A DNA stretch of 64,000 nt from Bacillota bacterium (GCA_009784375.1 WRBV01000001.1:97445-161444), one strand, 5' to 3'. Counted from the first letter of the stretch, positions 42,401 to 50,840 are shown. Notes: generated by a model from the sequence alone, not told the origin. Numbers and translations are program-made.

Positions 42401-43009
42401 ATGACAACAGCAACAGCAAACAACAAGGATATAGCAAGAGCGAAAAGGAGTCGTCAAGACCGAGATAGAGGTCGGGCGATTGGGATTTCTGCTCTTCTGA
42501 TTATGTTAATGCTTACAATAGCAATAACATTTACGGCGCTCAGCCTTTCAGGTAATAACAACCGAGACGAGGAAGTAGGCGGAGGGGCTATTGTCTTTGG
42601 ATTACCTGTGGCTGGTGAGTTCGAGATTCTGAAAGGATTTTCGGACACACAACTCCAATGGAACCAGACTCTGGGAGATTGGCGAGCACACAGGGCGGTT
42701 TCAATCTCGGCGGACCAGGGGACTCATGTTCTGGCAACTCAAGGGGGAACAGTATCAAGCGTACTTAACACCGTCTATGGCAGGCAAGTAACAATTGACC
42801 ATGTAGGCGGTTACCAGACTGTATTCAAATCACTTGATCCAGACATTCGCGTAACCCAAGGTGACCGCGTTGAAAAAGGTGAAAGGATTGGAACAGTAGG
42901 AACGACAAGCCGAATTGATTTTACAACAACTCCTCATGTTCGTGTAGAGGTGTACAGAAATGGTATGCGAATTGACCCAGCATCTATAATAGATTTCGGA
43001 GACAAGTAA
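42401..43009 (+). CDS. Membrane-anchored M23/LytM-domain protein with a degenerate active site
   Basis: An N-terminal TM, then HRAVSISADQGTHVLA...GRQVTIDHVGGYQTVFKSL...VTQGDRVEKGERIGTVG...PHVRVEVYRNGMRIDP. The HxxxD motif reads HRAVS and HxH reads HVR. A strong SD precedes ATG 42401. Confidence 0.7.
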   Translation: MTTATANNKDIARAKRSRQDRDRGRAIGISALLIMLMLTIAITFTALSLSGNNNRDEEVGGGAIVFGLPVAGEFEILKGFSDTQLQWNQTLGDWRAHRAVSISADQGTHVLATQGGTVSSVLNTVYGRQVTIDHVGGYQTVFKSLDPDIRVTQGDRVEKGERIGTVGTTSRIDFTTTPHVRVEVYRNGMRIDPASIIDFGDK

Positions 43010-43022
43010 AAAACTTCAAAAC

Positions 43023-43053
43023 AAAAAGACGCTTTAAACAAGCGTCTTTTTGT
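43023..43053 (+). terminator. Rho-independent terminator
   Basis: AGACGCTT-taaac-AAGCGTCT followed by TTTTTG. Confidence 0.8.
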
Positions 43054-43059
43054 TTGGTA

Positions 43060-43093
43060 TTGCAAAACAATTCAAAACATGGTAGATTTAAGC
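43060..43093 (+). promoter_or_regulatory. Promoter TTGCAA-17-TGgTAGATT, 5 nt before ATG 43094 (leaderless layout)
   Basis: -35 at 43060-43065, -10 at 43083-43088. The track start at ATG 43079 lies inside the promoter. Confidence 0.5.
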
Positions 43094-44074
43094 ATGAAAA
43101 AATCAAAAGTTATAACTCCAAGAATACTTACGATTGGTGAACCTTTAGTGGTAAATCCAGGCTCGTTGCAAGTAATCGGTGGTGCCGAATTAAATGTTGC
43201 AAAAAATCTTGTTGATCTTGGCAATCATGCCGAGTATGTGACAAAACTTGGTAACGACGAAAATAATGATGCAATATGGGAATTCTTGTTAAATAACAAC
43301 ATTGGAATTCAATATGTACAAACAATTTCGACACATCCAACAGGGTATATGACAAAGGCGGAAAATGCAAAAGGCGGAATGGGTATAAAGTATTTCAGAA
43401 AAGGTTCTGCCGCGTCGACCATAGATCCAAACTATGTCGACGATATAAATTTGGAACAATATGATGCGTTACATTTAACGGGCATTTTTCCATCGTTAAG
43501 TGATGATACATACGAGGCTACAAAACATCTGATGAATAAGGCGAATTTTTATAGATTGTTAACAACCTTTGATTCGAATTTGCGACTTGGCGGAGATGGC
43601 AACCCTCTTATATATAGAAGCACCGAGGAGATGATAAGAAAAACTAATGAACTTGCATTTATGTCGGATGTATTTATGCCAGGATTGAAAGAAGCAAGAA
43701 CATTAACAGGATTACACGATGAAGATGATATAGCGAACTTTTACCTTTATGGTGGTGCAAAAAATATTGTATTAAAGCGTGGTGGAATGGATGGAGCGTA
43801 TGCGATTAGCGAAAGTAACAGAGAAATAGTAAATAGCTTCGGAGTTCCATACGTAATAGACAAAGTCGGTGCGGGCGATGCTTGTGCCGCAGGAACAATT
43901 GATGGATTGTTGCGTGGTTTATCTTTGGCTGAATCTGCTGAAAGAGGCTGTGCCGCAAGCGCGATGCAATTAATGTCAAGAGCGGATAATGGTGGAATCA
44001 AAAGCCAAAGACATCTTGAAGAATTTATGATAGAGTCACGTCAAAAACAAGCAAGCGGCGAATGGACAAAATAG
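43094..44074 (+). CDS. PfkB-family sugar kinase (KdgK-like)
   Basis: VIDKVGAGDACAAGTIDGLL is the PfkB signature 2, and the N-terminus has the GEPLV...GG..NVA pattern. Confidence 0.8.
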   Translation: MKKSKVITPRILTIGEPLVVNPGSLQVIGGAELNVAKNLVDLGNHAEYVTKLGNDENNDAIWEFLLNNNIGIQYVQTISTHPTGYMTKAENAKGGMGIKYFRKGSAASTIDPNYVDDINLEQYDALHLTGIFPSLSDDTYEATKHLMNKANFYRLLTTFDSNLRLGGDGNPLIYRSTEEMIRKTNELAFMSDVFMPGLKEARTLTGLHDEDDIANFYLYGGAKNIVLKRGGMDGAYAISESNREIVNSFGVPYVIDKVGAGDACAAGTIDGLLRGLSLAESAERGCAASAMQLMSRADNGGIKSQRHLEEFMIESRQKQASGEWTK

Positions 44075-44092
44075 GTTTGTCGGGGGGCTGTA

Positions 44093-44126
44093 TTGACTTT
44101 TTGATAATTTCAATATATAATAAAGT
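44093..44126 (+). promoter_or_regulatory. Promoter TTGACT-17-TATAAT, 5 nt before ATG 44127 (leaderless layout)
   Basis: -35 at 44093-44098, -10 at 44116-44121. Confidence 0.55.
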
Positions 44127-44735
44127 ATGTCAATTGAACCATTTAACCCAGCAACACATGGCGGAGTACTGGAAAGTTACCGCATGATTTTGCGTGCAGG
44201 TGTACGTTTTTTGATAATTGGTGTTGTGGCTTTGGTTCTTGCGGTAGTACTTTGGAATTTATATTTTAGAAGGGTTGGCGATGCACAACAATTCTTTTTA
44301 ATTGGAATGTGGGTTACTTTGATAATTGGTGTGGCTATGACTTTTCTTGGTCTTGGTAATGTTTTGGATGGGCGAAGCTTTAACTCTCGTGTTCGTGAAC
44401 TTGAAAAAGATGGAAAAGTAACACGAGGCACAATAAAAACAGTTCGTCATCGTTATATCATATTGGGAAGTACACTTGGAACTCGTGACGGAAGATATAG
44501 TATGGTGATGGACACAGGATGGTATTACAAAGTTCAATATTCATTTGTTGACGAATATGGACGCTTGCGAAAAGCGACTGGGTTGGTGCCTGACCTTGTG
44601 GGTTCTAAACGTCATGAAAGTAAAAATCAACAAATCATTCTTGATGCTAACCTGCCGCGTGTTGGACAAAATGTTGATGTTTTATTCGATTATGAAAATT
44701 CAGCAATCTTGCGAATAATCACCGCAACAACCTAA
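44127..44735 (+). CDS. Two-TM membrane protein with a DUF3592-like C-terminal domain
   Basis: Two TM segments, then GKVTRGTIKTVRHRY...YYKVQYSFVDEYGRLRKATG...VGQNVDVLFDYENSAILRI. Pattern-level call. Confidence 0.4.
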   Translation: MSIEPFNPATHGGVLESYRMILRAGVRFLIIGVVALVLAVVLWNLYFRRVGDAQQFFLIGMWVTLIIGVAMTFLGLGNVLDGRSFNSRVRELEKDGKVTRGTIKTVRHRYIILGSTLGTRDGRYSMVMDTGWYYKVQYSFVDEYGRLRKATGLVPDLVGSKRHESKNQQIILDANLPRVGQNVDVLFDYENSAILRIITATT

Positions 44736-44736
44736 A

Positions 44737-44766
44737 GAAAAAAAGAGCAATGCTCTTTTTTTATTT
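44737..44766. terminator. Bidirectional rho-independent terminator
   Basis: AAAAAAAGAGCAaTGCTCTTTTTTT between convergent genes. Confidence 0.8.
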
Positions 44767-45246
44767 GTCTTTTACGCTAGCGATGTATTGTTTAACAATC
44801 TTGTGCTCGTCGTATGGATTTTCAATGTGGTTAAAGATGAATGGGTTAACTTTCATGCCATTTGAATTTGTCATACCAATAGGATTAGCGGGAGAGCCAA
44901 ATTCAAGTGTCCCAGTATTTTTCTTGGAAATCTTGTCAATGAATCCAACATGAACCAATGTTGCGTTTACGCTTGGCAAGTCCAGGCTTTTGTAATCTGT
45001 ACCAATTATGCCACCGCGGACAAGTATTCTTTTGTTCGTATATGCATAAACACGCTTGTTGTAATAGGCACGATATATTGGATACATAATAGGAAACGAA
45101 ATTATCAGAATAGGCCAAAGAAGTGGTATTGCCCAAAAGAAAAAGAAAAATGAATTGGCTGTGGCTCTTCTGTTGGGTTTAAAGGTTTTTACGATTTCTT
45201 CACCATCATCAAGAATGTGTTCAAAGTGTTTTCCAAGATCTTGCAT
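44761..45246 (-). CDS. bPH_2 (YdbS/YdbT-like, DUF304) membrane protein
   Basis: GEEIVKTFKPNRR, a two-TM hairpin, then YAYTNKRILVRGGIIGTDYKSLDLPSVNATLVHVGFIDKI. SD GGAGGT upstream. Confidence 0.6.
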   Translation of the reverse strand: MQDLGKHFEHILDDGEEIVKTFKPNRRATANSFFFFFWAIPLLWPILIISFPIMYPIYRAYYNKRVYAYTNKRILVRGGIIGTDYKSLDLPSVNATLVHVGFIDKISKKNTGTLEFGSPANPIGMTNSNGMKVNPFIFNHIENPYDEHKIVKQYIASVKDK

Positions 45247-45295
45247 ATTTACCTCCGTTTTTTAAAATATATCATTATAGAAATCATTAGTCAAA

Positions 45296-46279
45296 CTATT
45301 GAAGTCTCTCGCCACATTCGGAACAAAACTTTTGTCCTTTTCTAATTTTAACGCGACATTCTGGACAAATTTTAAGCTCGGCTTGCTTGCCGCCGCAATC
45401 AGCACAAAATTTTGTAAGATATGGGATTTGTGTATTACATTTCAAACAAGACTTTGTTCTTTCGGTGATGCATGCGTTTGGCTTTGAATCCTTGATTTGC
45501 TGTATTTGTGTTGATGGGCTTGTTTGAATTAAAATATCTTGTACAGTAACTTTGGGGGAGGCAGGTGGTTGCAGAATTGTGGATTCGACCTTTGATAAAA
45601 TCCCCGAAGTTATTCGGTCATTAATAGCATGTTCAACTTCCTCGGGGAACGAGAAACTTTCAATAATAATCTGTACAAGTTCAAACCCTTTTAAATTAAA
45701 ACATTCTTGTAGTGCTTCACGGGCAATTCCAGAAAATTCACGTAACTTGGTTGCAAGGTCTATTGCAGAATAATTGCTGTCGCGAATAATTAACCCAAGA
45801 TTTGTCGTAATTAAATAACGCAATTTATCTTTGATGTTTTGCACAGTAAATCCAGTAGACGGATCAAGAAGCTTTTCAACCAGCAATGTTGAATTGGTAA
45901 TGCTAAAGTTAAAAGTTCCATAAGCACGGATGCGAATTTCACCAAATTCGCTGTCTTGCATAATAAATGGCACCGCGGTCGCCCATTTTTGACCAAGTAC
46001 AACCGATGTGTTTATAAACCAAATGTCACATTTAAAAGACACACCAATATCGGTCATTGTAGAGAGTCTTGGCAAGGTCTTTGCGTCAAGTTGATATTTA
46101 CCATGAGTAAAAGTGTCCGCAATTTGTTTGTCCTTTGTAAAAATTGCAATAGCACCTTCGGGAACAAATAATGGGGCACCCGTCATAATTTCACTACGTG
46201 AATCCATCGGAAATTTATAAGCAATCAAATCGGCACGATTTCCCGCCCACTCGATGTTTTTAATAATGTGTTCGCTCAT
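45296..46279 (-). CDS. YdjI-like SPFH-fold protein (COG4260 type) with C-terminal double zinc ribbon
   Basis: IEWAGNRADLIAYKFP..SEIMTGAPLFVPEGAIAIF....IADTFTHGKYQLDAKTLP...WFINTSVVLGQKWAT..PFIMQDSEFGEIRIRAYGTFNFSI resembles B. subtilis YdjI. The C-terminus reads CLKCNTQIP..FCADCGG...CPECRVKI..GQKFCSECG. Confidence 0.7.
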   Translation of the reverse strand: MSEHIIKNIEWAGNRADLIAYKFPMDSRSEIMTGAPLFVPEGAIAIFTKDKQIADTFTHGKYQLDAKTLPRLSTMTDIGVSFKCDIWFINTSVVLGQKWATAVPFIMQDSEFGEIRIRAYGTFNFSITNSTLLVEKLLDPSTGFTVQNIKDKLRYLITTNLGLIIRDSNYSAIDLATKLREFSGIAREALQECFNLKGFELVQIIIESFSFPEEVEHAINDRITSGILSKVESTILQPPASPKVTVQDILIQTSPSTQIQQIKDSKPNACITERTKSCLKCNTQIPYLTKFCADCGGKQAELKICPECRVKIRKGQKFCSECGERLQ

Positions 46280-46419
46280 GTGTAGTCTCTCCTTCTATAT
46301 ATAGAGGTATTTGTACAACATAATTATGTCAAAATTTTGGATTGGTGTAAAGTAAATAGGGGCTTTTGTGTGATGCGATATAACCTATTCCTAAATGACA
46401 AAAATATCTAAAAAACCGC

Positions 46420-46449
46420 TTGACACGGCATTTTGGATTATGTTAAAAT
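46420..46449 (+). promoter_or_regulatory. rpoB promoter TTGACA-18-TGtTAAAAT
   Basis: -35 at 46420-46425, extended -10 at 46441-46449. The 5' leader is about 160 nt. Confidence 0.6.
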
Positions 46450-46477
46450 GGATGTTACTATATGCGTTCTTTTTTTG

Positions 46478-46560
46478 GAGGAGAGTAATGTCATAACAAA
46501 GTGTGGTTTCGTTTGTGTTCAAAGAGATATCAAACGAGGTCACACTTTTCGTGTTTATTA
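46478..46560 (+). promoter_or_regulatory. rpoB leader element: SD plus start-stop mini-ORF (ATG TCA TAA), then an 18-bp hairpin with a U-rich tail
   Basis: GGAGGAG at 46478-46484, ATG at 46488, TAA at 46494-46496. The stem pairs 46498-46515 with 46531-46548 and is followed by TTTTCGTGTTTATTATTT. Confidence 0.45.
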
Positions 46561-46613
46561 TTTATCTTATCAAAATTCGGTTAACATGGCAACTAAAATA
46601 GAAGAGGTGTAAA

Positions 46614-49600
46614 ATGAAAGATCTTGCGAAAATTGGAATTCACGAGGAGACATTTGGAAAAACAAAGCGTCAAACATTCCGCAGAGTTCCCGAATTGATC
46701 GAAGTTCCTTATCTTTTGGATGTGCAACTTGAAAGTTTCAAGCGTTTTTTGACACAAGGTATCCGCGATATCTTGGATGAATTCAATCCAATTACAGATT
46801 ACTCTGGAAAGGTAGAAGTCTACTTTGATGATTACTATATTTCTGACGATGGAAAATATTCCGAAGAAGAATGTCTGCGCCGTGGGCAGATGTTTGTGAA
46901 ACACCTTAAAGTAAAAGTCCGTGTTATTTTCAAGGACTTTGACGAGAGTGGTAAAAAACTTGTTGAAAAAGAAATTATCGAACAAGAGGTTTTCCTTGGT
47001 GATGTTCCAATGATGACCGAGAGCGGATACTTTATTATTAACGGTGTTGCTCGTGTTATTGTTAACCAAATTATCAAAAGTCCAAACGTGTATTTCAGCG
47101 ACGACATCGACAAGAAAACAGGTAGAAAGACAGTTGACTGTGTTATTACTCCAACGCATGGTTCTTACATCGAAATGACCAAGACTTTTAAAGAAGTATC
47201 GGTAAAAGAAGAACCAGGAACAAAAGCAAAAGACGCAAAGAAACAGAAAGAAATTAAAGAACTTGTATATGTTTACCCAAACCGCGGGAACCGTGTTTCT
47301 CTTGGTATTTTCTTGAAGGCAATTGGTATTGGCGAGGATGAGGAAATTCTTAAAATCTTTGGCGGACACAATGTAATTAAAGACGTCCTTGACATGGATA
47401 AAAAAGAAATCGAAGTAACTCAAGGTGGCGTCAAGAGTAAAGAGATGGTTCCACTTACAAAAGAAGAATCATTAATTGAATTGTCAAAGAAAATGCGTCC
47501 AAGTGAAATTCCAAATGCCGAGGCTATGGAGAATTCATTAAACACAATGTTCTTTACATTCCCAAATTATGATCTTGCAAATGTTGGTCGTTACAAATTT
47601 AACAAAAAACTTTGTATAGCAAGCCGTATCGTAAAACAAATCGCGGCAGCCGACATCAAAGTAAATGGCAAAGTCGTCGTTAAAAAAGAAGAAGAAATTT
47701 CACGTGATGCATCACTTGAAATCCAAAACGCAGGAATTAACCGTGTTATTATATTGAACGAAGATGGGAAAGAAGTCCTTGTCGTTGGTAATAACCGTGT
47801 TGACATTAATGAATATCTTGGAACAAAGGCAGACGTTACTGGGATTAGTGAACTTGTTCACCTTCCAACTCTTCTTCAATTATTCGAAGAGGCAGGCGTA
47901 AAGGAAACACAAAAACAAATTGATTTCATTACCGCAAAGTCCGAGAAAAACGAAAAAGAAAGAAACCGTAAAAGAAAAGAAATCATCAAGAGAATCGTCG
48001 GCAGACATCTTTTCCACGACGATGTAATTGCAACAGTAAGTTTCTTGTTAAACCTTAACGATGGCATTGGTTCAAGCGATAACATTGACCACCTTGGAAA
48101 TCGTCGTCTTAATACCGCGGGCGAATTGATGACACGTCATTTCAAAGAAGGTATGTTGAAATTGCGTCAGACAATGCGTGACAATATGCAGACCATGGAA
48201 TTGAATTCAAAAGCAATTAACCCAATTAACATTATTAATGCCAAGGCAATATCACGTGCATTGAAAGATTTCTGTGCAATTTCGCAATTGTCACACGTTA
48301 TGGATACAAATAACCCGCTTACCGAAATTACACAAAAACGTAAGATTACATCGGTCGGTCCAGGCGGTATTACAAAAGAACGTGCAACAAGTGAAGTTCG
48401 AGACTTGCACTATACCCACAATGGTCGTCTTTGTGCGATAGAAACACCCGAGGGTCAATCTATCGGTCTTGTTAATTCGCTTGCTATGTTTGCAAAGATT
48501 AACGAATACGGATTTATAACAGCCCCTCTTCGTAGAGTAGACAAGAAAACAGGAAAAGTAACCGAAATCGTCGACAGGTTAACCGCGGACGAGGAAGACA
48601 ATTTCTATATCGCCCAAGCTGTCGAGCCTCTTAACGAAGATGGCACATTTGTAAAAGAATATGTTCTTGTCCGTCACCGTGACGTAGTTATGGAAGTAAC
48701 ACGTGACCGTGTTGATTATGTTGATGCCAGCCCTCGACAATTTATATCTTTGGCAACTGCATTGATTCCGTTCCTTGAAAATGATGACACGGGTCGTGCT
48801 TTGCTTGGTGCGAATATGCAACGTCAGGCTGTTCCATTAATCAAAACCGAAGTTCCAATCGTTGCAACAGGTCTTGAACACCGTGCCGCACTTGACAGTA
48901 AAGTAATGGTGGTTGCCGACAATGACGGAGTAGTAGATTCTGTGACTGCGGAACGCGTTGTAATTAAAAAAGCAAATGGCGATAAAGATTTCTATAAATT
49001 AACAAAATTCTCACGATTTAACGAAGAAGCGTGTGTTAACCAAAAACCATGTGTAAAAAAAGGTGACAAGGTAAAGGCGGGTGACATACTTGCCGATGGT
49101 TACGCGACATCTAACGGTGAACTTGCGATTGGTAAGAACATGTGTGTTGCATACATGAACTGGGAAGGTTATAACTTCGAGGATGCGATTTTGATATCAG
49201 AACGTGTAGTAAAAGAAGACAAGTTCACATCTATTGCACTTCACCTTAAAGAATGTAAAGCACGTACAACCAAATTGGGTGACGAAGAAATTACTCGTGA
49301 CATTCCAAACCTTGGTGATGATGCGTTGAAAAACCTTGATGAAAACGGTATTATCCGTGTTGGTTCGTTCGTACGTCCTGGTGATATTCTTGTTGGAAAG
49401 GTAACCCCAAAGGGTGAAACAGAATTGTCACCAGAAGAAAGATTGCTTCGTGCAATTTTCGGCGACAAGTCTCGTGACGTTCGTGACAGTTCACTTCGTG
49501 TTGAAAACGGAAAAGACGGAGTAGTTGTTGGAGTAGAGGTTTTCAGCCGTAAGAACAAAGACGAAATGGAAGTCGGCGTTAACACAGTAGTAAAAGTAAC

Positions 49601-50492
49601 AATCGCACAAAAACGTAATATAAAAGTCGGGGACAAGATGACTGCCCGTCACGGTAACAAGGGTATCGTGTCAAAAGTTCTTCCTATAGAAGACATGCCA
49701 TTTATGGCAGACGGAACACCAGTCGATATAGTATTGAACCCGCTTGGTGTTCCATCACGTCTTAACATTGGTCAGTTGCTCGAGGTTCACCTTGGACATA
49801 TTGCCAAAATGCTTGGGTGGCACGTTGCTACTCCTGTGTTTAACGGTGCGAACGAGGCTGATATTCGTGAATTGTTAAAGAAAACAGGTCTTTCCGAAGA
49901 TGGAAAAATGCAACTATACGATGGTCGTACAGGGGACGCGTTCGAAAACAAGACAACGGTTGGTTACATGTACATGTTGAAACTTCACCACATGGTTGAC
50001 ACAAAAATCCACGCACGTTCTACTGGTCATTATTCTCTTGTTACTCAACAGCCGCTTGGTGGTAAGGCACAATTCGGTGGACAAAGAATGGGTGAGATGG
50101 AGGTCTGGGCGTTGGAAGCATACGGTGCTGCACATATTCTTCAGGAAATGCTAACCGTAAAATCGGACGACGTTCAGGGTCGAACAAAAACATACCTTTC
50201 TATCGTTAACGGACAACCAATGCCAGAACCAGGCGTACCAGAATCAACAAAAGTCATGATTCGTGAATTGCAAGGTCTTGGATTGGATATCGGTATCTAT
50301 ACAAGTGACAAGAAAGAAGTCGAAATCGGTAAAATATCAACAATGGATGCAGACGTTGCCGAACCACTATTGAAACCAGAAGAAACCGAAATGGAAGAAG
50401 TCGAACTTGACTTTGGCGAGGAATTGAAACTCGGCGCTGATAACGACACCGCAGATGAAGAAGACTTTGATATGGACAGCCTCTTTGAGTGA
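46614..50492 (+). CDS. rpoB: DNA-directed RNA polymerase subunit beta
   Basis: VPYLLDVQLESFKRFL, the rif-region block ISQLSHVMDTNNPLTEITQKRKITSVGPGG, NMQRQAVPL, ARHGNKGIVSKV and GGQRMGEMEVWALEAYGAA are present. The C-terminal tail is acidic. Confidence 0.98.
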   Translation: MKDLAKIGIHEETFGKTKRQTFRRVPELIEVPYLLDVQLESFKRFLTQGIRDILDEFNPITDYSGKVEVYFDDYYISDDGKYSEEECLRRGQMFVKHLKVKVRVIFKDFDESGKKLVEKEIIEQEVFLGDVPMMTESGYFIINGVARVIVNQIIKSPNVYFSDDIDKKTGRKTVDCVITPTHGSYIEMTKTFKEVSVKEEPGTKAKDAKKQKEIKELVYVYPNRGNRVSLGIFLKAIGIGEDEEILKIFGGHNVIKDVLDMDKKEIEVTQGGVKSKEMVPLTKEESLIELSKKMRPSEIPNAEAMENSLNTMFFTFPNYDLANVGRYKFNKKLCIASRIVKQIAAADIKVNGKVVVKKEEEISRDASLEIQNAGINRVIILNEDGKEVLVVGNNRVDINEYLGTKADVTGISELVHLPTLLQLFEEAGVKETQKQIDFITAKSEKNEKERNRKRKEIIKRIVGRHLFHDDVIATVSFLLNLNDGIGSSDNIDHLGNRRLNTAGELMTRHFKEGMLKLRQTMRDNMQTMELNSKAINPINIINAKAISRALKDFCAISQLSHVMDTNNPLTEITQKRKITSVGPGGITKERATSEVRDLHYTHNGRLCAIETPEGQSIGLVNSLAMFAKINEYGFITAPLRRVDKKTGKVTEIVDRLTADEEDNFYIAQAVEPLNEDGTFVKEYVLVRHRDVVMEVTRDRVDYVDASPRQFISLATALIPFLENDDTGRALLGANMQRQAVPLIKTEVPIVATGLEHRAALDSKVMVVADNDGVVDSVTAERVVIKKANGDKDFYKLTKFSRFNEEACVNQKPCVKKGDKVKAGDILADGYATSNGELAIGKNMCVAYMNWEGYNFEDAILISERVVKEDKFTSIALHLKECKARTTKLGDEEITRDIPNLGDDALKNLDENGIIRVGSFVRPGDILVGKVTPKGETELSPEERLLRAIFGDKSRDVRDSSLRVENGKDGVVVGVEVFSRKNKDEMEVGVNTVVKVTIAQKRNIKVGDKMTARHGNKGIVSKVLPIEDMPFMADGTPVDIVLNPLGVPSRLNIGQLLEVHLGHIAKMLGWHVATPVFNGANEADIRELLKKTGLSEDGKMQLYDGRTGDAFENKTTVGYMYMLKLHHMVDTKIHARSTGHYSLVTQQPLGGKAQFGGQRMGEMEVWALEAYGAAHILQEMLTVKSDDVQGRTKTYLSIVNGQPMPEPGVPESTKVMIRELQGLGLDIGIYTSDKKEVEIGKISTMDADVAEPLLKPEETEMEEVELDFGEELKLGADNDTADEEDFDMDSLFE

Positions 50493-50516
50493 CAAGTGAC
50501 AAACGACAAGTGACAA
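50489..50516 (+). repeat. Four tandem heptamers GTGACAA GTGACAA ACGACAA GTGACAA spanning the rpoB stop codon
   Basis: Read directly from the sequence. The rpoB TGA (50490-50492) is part of the first unit. Confidence 0.8.
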
Positions 50517-50588
50517 ATAAGTGTTACGTCATCCTGAGCGAGGCGAAGCCGAGTCGAAGGATCTAGCGAAGCGTAAAAAGGAGTAATT

Positions 50589-50840
50589 ATGACAGACCTA
50601 GAAATTATAAAAGCAATAACAGAGTTGAGGGAAATGACTCCACAAGAAATGTCAAATCGTTTTCATGAAGATGTACTTGATATGCTTGGATATGTCGGAC
50701 AAGATGCTGAAGAAGCTATGGACATTCAATCACAACGACAACAAACACCCACTACATGGCAAAGAAGAGAGATGATTAGAAACGAGACAACATATTATCC
50801 AGCCGAAAAAATAGGAGAACAAGAAAAATGTTTGAATTGA
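50589..50840 (+). CDS. Small acidic protein (83 aa) encoded between rpoB and rpoC
   Basis: SD AAAGGAG lies 6 nt before the ATG. The sequence is not low-complexity ([45 protein letters not shown]...). Its 3' end overlaps the rpoC start by 13 nt. Confidence 0.5.
   Translation: MTDLEIIKAITELREMTPQEMSNRFHEDVLDMLGYVGQDAEEAMDIQSQRQQTPTTWQRREMIRNETTYYPAEKIGEQEKCLN

Noticed and set aside
43079-43093. Longer N-terminal extensions offered by the ORF track (43079, 10232, 10588, 42359, 54778, 55507, 59966, 1165, 1573, 10033, 26548, 30216)
   Set aside because: In each case a downstream in-frame ATG has either a good SD or the -10, 5-6 nt, ATG layout, and it coincides with the start of the conserved protein sequence. 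The extensions run through promoter or UTR elements.
46593-47423. 276-aa ORF antisense to the 5' part of rpoB
   Set aside because: It lies entirely opposite the strongly conserved rpoB frame. Its translation is F/N/K-rich and low-complexity, and it has no start signals. This is a typical shadow ORF of an AT-rich gene. The same reasoning applies to the other antisense or out-of-frame track ORFs inside rpoB, rpoC, the giant gene, gltX, dnaX, recA and others.
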